Sequence record: LC727701.1
Reading direction: 5' to 3' (one strand)
Length of the DNA stretch: 64,000 bases
The notes beneath the pieces were generated by a model. It was given only the letters and a program-made list of their open reading frames with translations, made no database searches and had not been told where the DNA came from. Of this stretch, positions 45,514 to 56,535 are shown in pieces (position 1 is the stretch's first letter; every line of letters starts with the position of its first letter). The position numbers were made by a program, and so were the translations under genes.

Positions 45514-45741
45514 ATGAATAGCCTTGCATATAAAACAACTGTTGTATTCGGTAAGACATATCGCGTAACAGGTAACAAAGCATTTATATCCATTCTAGAT
45601 TCACGTGGCAATATTTGCTTTGAATTAAATATCGTTGAAAAGAAAGCATGTCAACCGTGTAATAACTTTAGACGGTATTGTTCAGGTATTGGTATTGCAC
45701 CTGGTGATCTCATCAAAAAGATTCTCAACAGTATTAATTGA
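45514..45741 (+). CDS. Small early protein
   Basis: ATG 45514 after AAGGA, downstream of promoter. Confidence 0.65.
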   Translation: MNSLAYKTTVVFGKTYRVTGNKAFISILDSRGNICFELNIVEKKACQPCNNFRRYCSGIGIAPGDLIKKILNSIN

Positions 45742-45804
45742 TGATGGGTTATACCAGTATGTTTTTAAATATAGTGTTATTTAGATATTATCTTAATGGC
45801 ATAA

Positions 45805-45825
45805 GCCCTCCCGCAATGGGAGGGC
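45805..45825. terminator. Bidirectional terminator
   Basis: GCCCTCCC-GCAAT-GGGAGGGC. Confidence 0.75.
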
Positions 45826-45849
45826 ATTATGTCTTTTTTTTTATTTTTT

Positions 45850-46659
<810 letters not shown>

Positions 46660-46786
46660 CTATAATGCGCTGTACGCGTTTTTTCGATGGAGATAATACC
46701 CAACTAAGGTATAATATACATCGGCTTACCACGAACAGATTTGACTAAAAATATTTTTAGATCTATATCATGTTCCTGAACATTTA

Positions 46787-47215
46787 ATGAGAGATTGTAC
46801 TGTGACTACTCCCCAAGTAGCTGACCTGTATGTAATAGATGTAACGAGGGTGATAGCCAAGTTAGTACCAAGATCGCCAAAAGAGCTAATAAATGCTCGT
46901 TTAGCAATTAGGTGCCAAAGCTTTGGAATACATCCAGATGACTATGGTACATTAGAGCATATATTTAAATCAGTAGAGGACAGCTTAATTGATGACTTCT
47001 TTAAATATTCTATTGACTCTTTTGAATTCATGTATACTACTGGATATAATCCAATAAATAACACCCCTCAAGAAATCCAATGGTTTCATGATAATCATGA
47101 GGCCGCATCTGATCTTTGGGATATATTAAAAATTATACCTAGAGTAAATGCAGGTAAGTTTGTAATATTTTATCGGTTAAAGAACACAGTTTGGATCGCT
47201 ATTCCAAAAAATTAA
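46787..47215 (+). CDS. Hypothetical protein
   Basis: 142 aa; TATATCAT promoter variant at 46764. Confidence 0.65.
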   Translation: MRDCTVTTPQVADLYVIDVTRVIAKLVPRSPKELINARLAIRCQSFGIHPDDYGTLEHIFKSVEDSLIDDFFKYSIDSFEFMYTTGYNPINNTPQEIQWFHDNHEAASDLWDILKIIPRVNAGKFVIFYRLKNTVWIAIPKN

Positions 47216-47228
47216 TTGGAGAAATATA

Positions 47229-48302
47229 ATGTCGAATAAGCTCATTGTACTTGATACGCGCCACCAAGAAAAAGCAATATACGATTTACTAGGTCAGCTT
47301 ACAGCTTCAGCTTCAATTGATGAAGCGATTGGGGTGAAATTGAGTAAAGATGTGGCTCAACAGTTTTTACATCTAATGGTTGAAAATATAGTAGAGAGTT
47401 TAGTTTCATATAAAACAGCCAAAGACCAGTACACCAATCTTAAGATGGCAGCAGCTATTTTTAATTGTGCTGTAACTGACGTAGATAGTAATAAAGTTGC
47501 TTGGGTAGAAAATCTAATGAAACTACCTTATCTAGAAACTATCTATCTAGATATCTATAAACAAGTAGCTAAATATATCGATAGCGGTACATGGATCCAA
47601 TGGGATGTAGTTAAAGCTGGTTCAGTTATAACTTTAATCAGTGGCAAAGATTATCGTATCGCGGAATATGATCGTGTCCATGGGATTGATAATGGTGATG
47701 ATCATGCAGTGGTATCACTTAACCTACTGAACCCATTAAACTATTTATTTAGTGAATTTCTCCGTACATTCTTCCATGGCTTTGACAGAATTAATTTACA
47801 AACACTAGGTTATAGTATCTACGAATCTAGGCGTAAAACTCAGCTATCTCTTGCTAATGGTGGTAGCTATACTTTAAATAAAGACCACATCACCACTAAC
47901 CATGCATATAACATCGCAGTAGAATATATTCAAGAACAGTTAACTGCATTACTTATTGGTGTAATTGTTAAACAATATAGTAATATTAAAGTATCTTATC
48001 TAATACCTAAGGTTAACCATGATTTCTTTGCAAGTTTAGGACTTGATAATTTATTACTATTTGAAGAGAAATATATTAGCCCTCTAGTTAGTTCTATTAA
48101 CATGGCATATTTTTCAACCAGAATTGAGCATGACGTTAAGTATGAACTAGAGTATCATAGCTATGTAATTTCTGTATACAAGAATAAGAATGCAACTTAT
48201 CCTATTGAGAAATTAGTATTTGAATATCAACGTGGTGATTATTTACCTGATGATCAGCGAGCGCAAGCTGAGCGATACATTTTAGAAAATAATCTATACT
48301 AA
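47229..48302 (+). CDS. Hypothetical protein
   Basis: 357 aa, GGAG RBS. Confidence 0.8.
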   Translation: MSNKLIVLDTRHQEKAIYDLLGQLTASASIDEAIGVKLSKDVAQQFLHLMVENIVESLVSYKTAKDQYTNLKMAAAIFNCAVTDVDSNKVAWVENLMKLPYLETIYLDIYKQVAKYIDSGTWIQWDVVKAGSVITLISGKDYRIAEYDRVHGIDNGDDHAVVSLNLLNPLNYLFSEFLRTFFHGFDRINLQTLGYSIYESRRKTQLSLANGGSYTLNKDHITTNHAYNIAVEYIQEQLTALLIGVIVKQYSNIKVSYLIPKVNHDFFASLGLDNLLLFEEKYISPLVSSINMAYFSTRIEHDVKYELEYHSYVISVYKNKNATYPIEKLVFEYQRGDYLPDDQRAQAERYILENNLY

Positions 48303-48304
48303 AT

Positions 48305-48329
48305 AAAGCCCTCCTTATGGGGGGGCTTT
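48305..48329 (+). terminator. Terminator
   Basis: AAAGCCCTCC-TTAT-G7-CTTT. Confidence 0.6.
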
Positions 48330-48352
48330 ATACCGATTATAAGGTTTTTATA

Positions 48353-48742
48353 ATGAACATATCTAATGATAAAGACACATCAATGTGTATCAGAATGGAA
48401 GTAAGATCTTTTGTACAAGATCAACATTCTGATATTTGGAAATCTATAAAAAATAGTATTGGTGCAGAATATGCATTAACAATTGTATTGGCAGCAGCGT
48501 CTGAGAGGGCATCGGGTAGCACATCTAATGATGTCATAGAACTAATTAATCAGATGCTGGGTTATAGGGATATTTGTGATATTGATTTAACAACTTATCT
48601 GTATAATTGTTCTAACCGGGTAGTTCTACCATCAGCTGGTAACATCCAGTTAAATAGGGTTATTTATGATACTGAGAAACCAGAAGATCTATACGTCACC
48701 ATTACCCACACCACAACCTCGTTTTTTACTAAGAGCGACTAA
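48353..48742 (+). CDS. Hypothetical protein
   Basis: Likely ATG 48353; the track start at 48317 lies inside the terminator. Confidence 0.65.
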   Translation: MNISNDKDTSMCIRMEVRSFVQDQHSDIWKSIKNSIGAEYALTIVLAAASERASGSTSNDVIELINQMLGYRDICDIDLTTYLYNCSNRVVLPSAGNIQLNRVIYDTEKPEDLYVTITHTTTSFFTKSD

Positions 48743-49118
48743 AAGTAAACTTATTAAAGATGATAACTATCTAAGATTTGTATTGGACTTTTTAGATATT
48801 AGTTATATCGAAGCAATGCATTTGCTTGTTGCATTGGCAGAACAGAAGCTTATGCAAATGGTCGTTAAAGAAGAAATGTTCTATGAATATGCTAAAGACA
48901 TTCATTTCATGCATAAACTAATAGAACTTCTCGATGAGGGTGCTGAGCAGATCATGCACCTCATTCCAACAAATACTAAGGAACTGTGGTATGAAACAGA
49001 AGCACGAGATGGATTGTACATCGGAGGAAGTACAACGTCTGGTATATGTATTGCCAATCGAAGTGGTATTCCCACAATTAATCACATTGATAAAGAAATT
49101 TACTTACCTAACAAATAA
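48666..49118 (+). CDS. Hypothetical protein
   Basis: 150 aa; start uncertain. Confidence 0.55.
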   Translation: MILRNQKIYTSPLPTPQPRFLLRATKSKLIKDDNYLRFVLDFLDISYIEAMHLLVALAEQKLMQMVVKEEMFYEYAKDIHFMHKLIELLDEGAEQIMHLIPTNTKELWYETEARDGLYIGGSTTSGICIANRSGIPTINHIDKEIYLPNK

Positions 49119-49164
49119 AGATGAAGCTACAGTCATCGTCTTATTAACTCAATGGGTTGTTAAG

Positions 49165-49449
49165 ATGATGTCTAAATTACAACAGGATAATACGGTTATT
49201 CCTTTTGTGGATATATCAATACAACTAGGAAATGGTCCAGATTGGGATGAGTTCATTAATTTGTTCTATACAACTGGAATCCAATTACTACATAGAACAC
49301 CGAAGAATTTAATAGACTATAAGTTCATTAGTGTAATAGATAACAAAGTTGTTCTATTAACTATAGTCACTGGTAAAGAGTGGAGTCAATATGCAATTGT
49401 TGCTAATTTTGAAACCGCGTTCTTTTACGGAAGAGCTAGGTGTAGATGA
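49165..49449 (+). CDS. Hypothetical protein
   Basis: Probable ATG 49165 within longer open frame from 48934. Confidence 0.5.
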   Translation: MMSKLQQDNTVIPFVDISIQLGNGPDWDEFINLFYTTGIQLLHRTPKNLIDYKFISVIDNKVVLLTIVTGKEWSQYAIVANFETAFFYGRARCR

Positions 49450-49825
49450 ACCGACTGACTTTGTACTGTGGTGTATCAATAGACTTCTAGCAGCATATGT
49501 AGAATACTTTAACCACTGGCAGAGATTAGATTGGCCTACCTTTTTAGAGCAATGGTTAGAAGATTACTTAAGCGATACCTATATAGAACCAGATAGACCG
49601 ATGAGCATGATGGTATTTGATCATCAGGGAAATCCTAATACTATCAATTGGCACTTAAGATCTGCTGAGATTATCGAAAGGGTATTGGATTTATTTGGAA
49701 CTGATTTCTTAGAGATAATCCAAAAACAAGTTATTCAAGCAGGTAATCTTATTACTAGTCTTAAATGTATAGAAGTAGATAAATATAAGATGGTAACTAA
49801 ATTAGTTATGAGGTCTCAAACATGA
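49391..49825 (+). CDS. Hypothetical protein
   Basis: GGAG 5 nt before ATG; 144 aa. Confidence 0.65.
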   Translation: MQLLLILKPRSFTEELGVDEPTDFVLWCINRLLAAYVEYFNHWQRLDWPTFLEQWLEDYLSDTYIEPDRPMSMMVFDHQGNPNTINWHLRSAEIIERVLDLFGTDFLEIIQKQVIQAGNLITSLKCIEVDKYKMVTKLVMRSQT

Positions 49826-50358
49826 TGCATCCACTTCTTTATAGACAACAAGAAATGCAGCGGATAAATGATGCTAATAACATAACTCCAGGCCAACAAG
49901 GAATGACGAGTTTCGTAGTTATTAACATCAGTGATATCTGGCCCATTGTTAATAAAATGGCTGATGTAGTTGTCAATAAGTCTTACAATACTCCTTACCC
50001 ATATACTGAACACCAATCTATAGAACAGTTATGGTATCAGGCGATTAATGCATATATTGAATTTCTAGCACAACAGCCTACTCAACCAATTATAGGGGTT
50101 GACTATTATTTACAAGAATACTTTCCATCAGTAGCGCCTGTGATTATGCAAGATAAATATGCATTGAGTATTCTTAATATGTGGTTTGCAGCTGTGTGTA
50201 AAACACTGGCTAGTAAACTACAATCTGAAATAGCGTATCTTTATCAGAATGGATATGGTGTAGAAAGAATCCAATCAATAGCAGTTGATCAACATAATCA
50301 AGGTTATATTCTAGAAGGTGAAGACTTTGGTATGGACTGCTACAATGATGTGGATTAA
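49822..50358 (+). CDS. Hypothetical protein, Q-rich
   Basis: 178 aa, ATGA coupling. Confidence 0.7.
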   Translation: MMHPLLYRQQEMQRINDANNITPGQQGMTSFVVINISDIWPIVNKMADVVVNKSYNTPYPYTEHQSIEQLWYQAINAYIEFLAQQPTQPIIGVDYYLQEYFPSVAPVIMQDKYALSILNMWFAAVCKTLASKLQSEIAYLYQNGYGVERIQSIAVDQHNQGYILEGEDFGMDCYNDVD

Positions 50359-50430
50359 GTGACACATATTAACAATTGACGTAAATAGGAAAGCCTATCG
50401 GTTCACATAGGCTTCCTACTAGGAACCGAT

Positions 50431-50814
50431 ATGGAAAAACGAGTATTTATCGTATTTAAATCTAAAGAGTCAGAAATATATTCGCAACATTTGCTTCGTG
50501 AATATACAAAACGAATGATATATCCAGATTGTCCAACACCACTTGATTTATTTGAAGAATCACGTAAGTTAAGTTATATGGATTCGCTTAATAATGACAT
50601 ATATATCCATATGCTGATGTATGGACATGACTCATTTGATGATCCTGACGAAGATATTGAGTTAGAGAATTATTCTACTAAAGGATATGTTATTGAATAT
50701 TGTACCGACTTTATCAATAGCTTTAAAGAAAAATATCCAAATGGACATGTATTAATTACAGTGCCAATGGATACAAAAGGTCTGTTTGGTGTAGTTGTAT
50801 TACTAGATGAGTAA
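50431..50814 (+). CDS. Hypothetical protein
   Basis: 127 aa, AGGA RBS. Confidence 0.7.
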   Translation: MEKRVFIVFKSKESEIYSQHLLREYTKRMIYPDCPTPLDLFEESRKLSYMDSLNNDIYIHMLMYGHDSFDDPDEDIELENYSTKGYVIEYCTDFINSFKEKYPNGHVLITVPMDTKGLFGVVVLLDE

Positions 50815-50839
50815 TACCCTATGTAACCAACTATTTTAG

Positions 50840-51265
<426 letters not shown>

Positions 51266-51270
51266 CTATA

Positions 51271-51293
51271 AAGGAGCCATTATGGCTCCTTTT
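51271..51293 (+). terminator. Terminator
   Basis: AAAGGAGCCA-TTA-TGGCTCCTTT. Confidence 0.75.
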
Positions 51294-51465
51294 ATGTTGT
51301 ATTATTTTTACTTGCTTACATCATCTAATGTGAATGTAAGTTGATGTGCTACCTCTCAATTTAGGGTGCCCGTATAGGGTACCCATTCTTTCCTTTTCTT
51401 TTTTAGTTAAAGAGAGAGAAATCATTCACTATAATTAAAAATAAGTATACTGAGAGATATGTGAA

Positions 51466-53661
51466 ATGACCGCATTTGCCCAACCAAATCCGTTTTTAAA
51501 AGATGTCAATGATTACCATCGTGATATTGATATCATTAATGCATGTCTTGATGATAATGCCAAATATCTTCAATTAATGACAAAAGATGAATTAAATATT
51601 AGTTTAGAAGAATGTAAAGAATTTGTTAAAGAACAATTACGTCAAAATGGCGAATATGCACTTCGTAATCCATTAGCAACTATTCTAGATAAAAATAAGT
51701 TTGGTGATAGGGAATTAAAGACGGTTTCATTTATGGCTTTTCTTAACCGTGTTAAGAAACAGAATCTATTATTATCTCCATCAATGACCGCATATTTACC
51801 AGAGTCTGTTAGACAGTCTACGCACTCCATCTATATTGCCGAAGGTGTGAAAAACCGTAAGCGTGTTAAAGGTGAACAGATGCAGGCTGAACGTGAAGCA
51901 GCTGCTTTCCTACAGGCCGGCGATAAAGAGAATTCACAAATTAAAACAGAACTTGCACAAGTACGTAAAGGCGAGCAAGAAAACTTCAAAATTAACAATA
52001 ACTCATATTCAGGCGGTACTGTATCTGCTGCCACTATTCTTTATTATAAGTCCACACACTCTAGTTTAACATCTACCTGTAGAACTGGTACCTCTTATGC
52101 TAACTCAAATAATGAAAAATTCATTATGGGTAATAGGCATTATTATACTCCAGAAATCACAAAAGCTAATTTAGTAAACACTATTAATGTAGCTGATATG
52201 GAGTTAATTCAAAAAGCAGTAACTAATTTTAATCTACATTGCCCAACGCCAGAAGAAGTAGTTGATATGGTTCTTTATTCAACTAAACACTATTGGCAAA
52301 ATAAGTACTACACGGCGCAGATTTTAAAACTAGCTACTGGGATGACACCAGTCGAACGAGCAGCAGTTATGTACGTAGGTGATCTATATCACTTATATAA
52401 ATACAATAAAGAATTAATCAAGAGCTTTCTAATTAAATTAAGCCAGGTTGGAACAAAAGAACAAATCATCACTGAAGAAGAATATTCAACTTATGATGGT
52501 GATATGGATCTATTGGCTAGCTTTATTTGCTTTGATACTGTTAAAGGTCGATCTAAAGCTAAACTAAAAGAATCTGATCCAGATACACTGAATCAAATTT
52601 TTGCAACTGGTCGAAATATCGCTGAAACTCTTAATGAATATCGTCTATTGATTGAAGCTTTCTTCTTGACTAAATGTGTACCATCAAGTATTCATGCTTT
52701 TCCAACGGTATATAGGCGAGCTGCTGTTATTTCAGATACTGACTCCACTATGTTTACATTACAATGGTGGGTTGAGGAATTCTTTGGTAAAGTAACTTTT
52801 AGCAATGAAGCTAAACGACTAGTATTTGCACTAGTGTTTCTAGTATCTGAAGTAGTTATGCATATCTTAGCGATTCAATCCGCTAATATGGGTGTATCTA
52901 AAGATAAGCTTCGTCTATTTGCAATGAAGAACGAATTTTATTTCGCAGTACTGGCCTTAACTACTCGTTCTAAACATTACTTTGCATCACAGGATGCCCA
53001 AGAAGGGGTGATGTTTAATGAATCTCGGATGGAGATTAAAGGCGTGGGGCTAAGGGATAGTAAAGTACCTAAGAAGATTAATAGTCGTGCTAAAAAACTC
53101 ATGGAAGATATTATTAAGACGGTAAAGGCTGAAGAGAAAATCGACTTAGCTTCAATTCTAAAAGAAGCCGGTAATATCGAAAGAGAAATTATTGAGTCTG
53201 TTAGAAGTGGTAAAGCCGAGTATCTTACAAGTGGTCAAACTAAACGACCTGAATCTTATAAATCTGAAGATAACTCAACTCATAAAAAGGGATTGGTGTG
53301 GAAGACTGTATTTGCTCCGTCATTTGGTGAAGCTGGTGATCCACCTTATTCACATGTAAAGATCTCAGTTACTCTTAATAATAAAACTGCGATCAAAGAA
53401 TGGATTGATGGTATCGAAGATAAGAAATTAGCTGCTCGTATTCAAGCATGGGTTACTGAAGAAAATAAAACCAGTATTGGTGATTTCCATATTCCTAGTA
53501 CAGTAGTAGAAACTGGTCGTATTCCAGAAGTTATTACGCGTGTTGCTGACGTTAGAACAATCATTGGAAACACTATGGGTGTATTCTATCTAACCTTAGA
53601 GTCCCTAGGTATTTTCCTTATTGATAAAAATAACGATCGACTCATCTCTGACTTCTATTAA
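51466..53661 (+). CDS. Family B DNA polymerase, polymerase subunit of split enzyme (gp50-like)
   Basis: K-x-x-N-N-S-Y-S-G (KINNNSYSG), ISDTDS catalytic motif, KHY, EIKG. Confidence 0.88.
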   Translation: MTAFAQPNPFLKDVNDYHRDIDIINACLDDNAKYLQLMTKDELNISLEECKEFVKEQLRQNGEYALRNPLATILDKNKFGDRELKTVSFMAFLNRVKKQNLLLSPSMTAYLPESVRQSTHSIYIAEGVKNRKRVKGEQMQAEREAAAFLQAGDKENSQIKTELAQVRKGEQENFKINNNSYSGGTVSAATILYYKSTHSSLTSTCRTGTSYANSNNEKFIMGNRHYYTPEITKANLVNTINVADMELIQKAVTNFNLHCPTPEEVVDMVLYSTKHYWQNKYYTAQILKLATGMTPVERAAVMYVGDLYHLYKYNKELIKSFLIKLSQVGTKEQIITEEEYSTYDGDMDLLASFICFDTVKGRSKAKLKESDPDTLNQIFATGRNIAETLNEYRLLIEAFFLTKCVPSSIHAFPTVYRRAAVISDTDSTMFTLQWWVEEFFGKVTFSNEAKRLVFALVFLVSEVVMHILAIQSANMGVSKDKLRLFAMKNEFYFAVLALTTRSKHYFASQDAQEGVMFNESRMEIKGVGLRDSKVPKKINSRAKKLMEDIIKTVKAEEKIDLASILKEAGNIEREIIESVRSGKAEYLTSGQTKRPESYKSEDNSTHKKGLVWKTVFAPSFGEAGDPPYSHVKISVTLNNKTAIKEWIDGIEDKKLAARIQAWVTEENKTSIGDFHIPSTVVETGRIPEVITRVADVRTIIGNTMGVFYLTLESLGIFLIDKNNDRLISDFY

Positions 53662-53668
53662 TAAATAT

Positions 53669-53689
53669 AGCCTCCCCTAGTGGGAGGCT
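53669..53689 (+). terminator. Terminator
   Basis: AGCCTCCC-N5-GGGAGGCT. Confidence 0.7.
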
Positions 53690-53759
53690 TATATACTAAA
53701 AAATAATTAAGATTTATATAGTCTGATTGCCAATTACTAACTTAATATGGTTCAATATA

Positions 53760-53936
53760 ATGACAAATCATACCGAATTTAATTTTGACTTAGATCGGAT
53801 GAAGAAGGCAATTAACAGTGGTACTATCACATTACCAACCGCTCCACCTGGGTTAACTCGTGAAGAAAAACGAGCATTTATCCGAAGTTATATTAAAGAC
53901 AAATTAAAAGAGGTAACTAATGATGAAAGAGAATAA
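53760..53936 (+). CDS. Small hypothetical protein
   Basis: ATG 53760; 58 aa. Confidence 0.55.
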   Translation: MTNHTEFNFDLDRMKKAINSGTITLPTAPPGLTREEKRAFIRSYIKDKLKEVTNDERE

Positions 53937-54642
53937 AGAAGTCCGCGTAATTACCTGGAATGATTATAGTAAATTAGTAAATGATAATCGTATTAGGATC
54001 CATGGGTTAGCACCTGATGATTCCACCAAAGCAACAGCCTATGTTCTTTTGGATGACGGTAGTGAAGAATTAGTATATGTAACTTATACCAACGAATTAA
54101 AAGAAGTTGATGTTACTACTGAAACAACTGCAATTACTAGTGATAAAAGTTCACTAGATGATGTTCAACCAATTGGTTTAATTACCTCTAGTAACGAACC
54201 ACCAAAGTTAATGAGTCTAAATGACTATATTGATGAATTCAATTGGCACTCAAGTGCTGACAACGATTACAATAATGTCTCACTTGAATTAATGTTAAAT
54301 ACCCATCATACAACTCTTTGGGAATGTGATAATATCCTGGTAAAAGACGTAACTATTAAACAAGCTCTTAAAGAAGGTGTTGATAAACAACTTATTAATA
54401 CCGATAGTTCATTTGATGAACTAGTTACTCATCTAAGATTGACTGCTAAAGCTATTATGGACCCATTAGATGAAATGGATAATGGAGTTAAAAGCAGTGA
54501 CCAAGCTGTAGTTGATCAATTACTAAATCATGACCGCAAGCCAGGTAAGTTTAGTAATAAAATGCTATTACCAGCTATCCCAGGAATTAACCGAGCTGAA
54601 CGTAGAAAATTACTTTCTAAAATGAAGAAAGGTAATTTCTAA
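53920..54642 (+). CDS. Hypothetical protein with C-terminal NRAERR motif
   Basis: 240 aa, GAGGT RBS. Confidence 0.7.
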   Translation: MMKENKEVRVITWNDYSKLVNDNRIRIHGLAPDDSTKATAYVLLDDGSEELVYVTYTNELKEVDVTTETTAITSDKSSLDDVQPIGLITSSNEPPKLMSLNDYIDEFNWHSSADNDYNNVSLELMLNTHHTTLWECDNILVKDVTIKQALKEGVDKQLINTDSSFDELVTHLRLTAKAIMDPLDEMDNGVKSSDQAVVDQLLNHDRKPGKFSNKMLLPAIPGINRAERRKLLSKMKKGNF

Positions 54643-54655
54643 TAAAACGGCATAT

Positions 54656-54681
54656 AACCCCCTCCAATTTAGGAGGGGGTT
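54656..54681. terminator. Bidirectional terminator
   Basis: AACCCCCTCC-N6-GGAGGGGGTT. Confidence 0.75.
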
Positions 54682-54685
54682 TATG

Positions 54686-55777
54686 TCACATTTCTTTTCT
54701 TTTAAGTGCATCTATCATCCAATCAACTTGTGCCTGTTGAGCTTTTACAAACTCGCTATTTGCTTGTTGCTTAAATGCTTGATCATTAGATGCTTCTATA
54801 AGATCAATTAATACAGTGTTAACAGAAGATTGATCATAACCAGTATTCTTTAAAAGCTGTCCTACAAGATACTTAATGAAGGGTGTACGAGCCAATACAT
54901 AAGCCCATTCATTATTCCTGTTAATAGGTTCTCGTGGGAGCCGCATCATATCGAACAAATTAGATTGTACGATAGCTGGTGTTATCCATGATAAACCTTC
55001 CATATCTACACCTTTTAATATGGATTCTCTATTGATAGTTGTACATAGTTTATCAATACGTGGATTCATATCGGTGATGTAAAATGGATGCGGTATAGGG
55101 AATGTTGGATTTTTAATATCTAAAGCATTCCTTGCTAACCTGTTAAAGAAAGAAATATCTAAATAAGAGTCAACCATATTTGGCAATACAAATGATCCTA
55201 TAAACCTATAAGTGTCTTCTACTTCATCAGGATTCTTCTCAACTTGCCATCGATACCAGTAACGGTACATCACAAGAAGCATTGGTATATTTACTAGAGT
55301 TACACCATAGCCTCTACCCTGTGTGGTATTGTTCATGATAGGTAAATTAGTATCAGTACGTGTATGATACAGATACGTAACAGGGGAAAGTTTATACCAT
55401 GTTTTATTTAGATCTTTTAGATCAAAGCTCTCTGATGTGGATACTAGAACTTCTTCAGTTTGAGGACCAAGTGTAACACCACCTACATGAACCTTACCTT
55501 TATTTAAAGATGATGTAATACCAAATGAACGAATAATAGCACGTGAACGATCGTCCACGTTCTTTATAAAAGTAGCATCATCACTTAGTAACTCTACGTT
55601 AAAATGTCGAATCATTTGTGCTAATATGTTTTTAGATTCAACATACTTCGGTGCCCGTCTATAATAACTTTTAACGTCCCTAATTTGCTCAGCGTAGATT
55701 CGTCGGATATAATGGATGTTAGGATCAACCACCTGCCCCAATTTACGTGACGGAGCATTCTTAAATAAATTATACAT
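54686..55777 (-). CDS. Conserved virion protein (gp52-like)
   Basis: 363 aa; synteny upstream of chimallin. Confidence 0.7.
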   Translation of the reverse strand: MYNLFKNAPSRKLGQVVDPNIHYIRRIYAEQIRDVKSYYRRAPKYVESKNILAQMIRHFNVELLSDDATFIKNVDDRSRAIIRSFGITSSLNKGKVHVGGVTLGPQTEEVLVSTSESFDLKDLNKTWYKLSPVTYLYHTRTDTNLPIMNNTTQGRGYGVTLVNIPMLLVMYRYWYRWQVEKNPDEVEDTYRFIGSFVLPNMVDSYLDISFFNRLARNALDIKNPTFPIPHPFYITDMNPRIDKLCTTINRESILKGVDMEGLSWITPAIVQSNLFDMMRLPREPINRNNEWAYVLARTPFIKYLVGQLLKNTGYDQSSVNTVLIDLIEASNDQAFKQQANSEFVKAQQAQVDWMIDALKRKEM

Positions 55778-55858
55778 GGTTATTATCCGATTAAAAATTA
55801 ATTGAGATCTATATCATAGTTTGGTAACAACAGTAGTAATTACAAATAGGAATATACA

Positions 55859-56224
55859 ATGGCTAAAAATAATGTTGAAGATCCGCCACTATATTTAGGT
55901 AATAACAAAGATCTTACTGTATACATGACTAGCAAAGAAATTGTAGTAAACTTTTTCAATGTCGAGCGTAGGATTAAGATAGATCCTAATGATCCCAATC
56001 CATTAGCAACTGCTACTAAACTCCATGAGGAATTAATAAAGGTATTAGTCGCATATCGATTTGGTAGTGTAGTTAAAGTAAATGAAACATCTGCTTCGGC
56101 ACATTCACCATTTATTGCTAAATTTGATACAACTGATAATAATAAAGTTGATCCAGTTAGTAAACTATACAAACTGTATCATTCTCTTTTTGGAACAGTT
56201 CGTAAGTATATGCGAAGTAAATGA
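55859..56224 (+). CDS. gp53-like protein upstream of chimallin
   Basis: 121 aa, AGGA RBS; TATATCAT at 55810. Confidence 0.7.
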   Translation: MAKNNVEDPPLYLGNNKDLTVYMTSKEIVVNFFNVERRIKIDPNDPNPLATATKLHEELIKVLVAYRFGSVVKVNETSASAHSPFIAKFDTTDNNKVDPVSKLYKLYHSLFGTVRKYMRSK

Positions 56225-56455
56225 TAACTGCATTTTATAAAAATACTGATAGTTATTATTTAATACAGGACTGACGTAAATTAGTTTCTGGATTCAAACT
56301 TTATACCCATAAACTCAAAAAAGAAGATATGGAAATTGTAAGATGAAAAATAAATAATACTCAGATTGTAATAATATGTAGTGAACATAGTTTTCGTTAC
56401 GATCTGCTGATAGCAGATTATAGCGTCTATGTTGTAATGAAAAAAATTTGAGATT

Positions 56456-56463
56456 TATATTAC
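56456..56463 (+). promoter_or_regulatory. Early promoter TATATTAC of chimallin
   Basis: AAAAAAATTTGAGATT-TATATTAC, ~75 nt before ATG. Confidence 0.75.
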
Positions 56464-56535
56464 TAAATTGAATCTAGTATACTAAGTACTTAGGTTCTTC
56501 TTGATCAAGAAACCATAATCGTAAAGGTATTTAAA

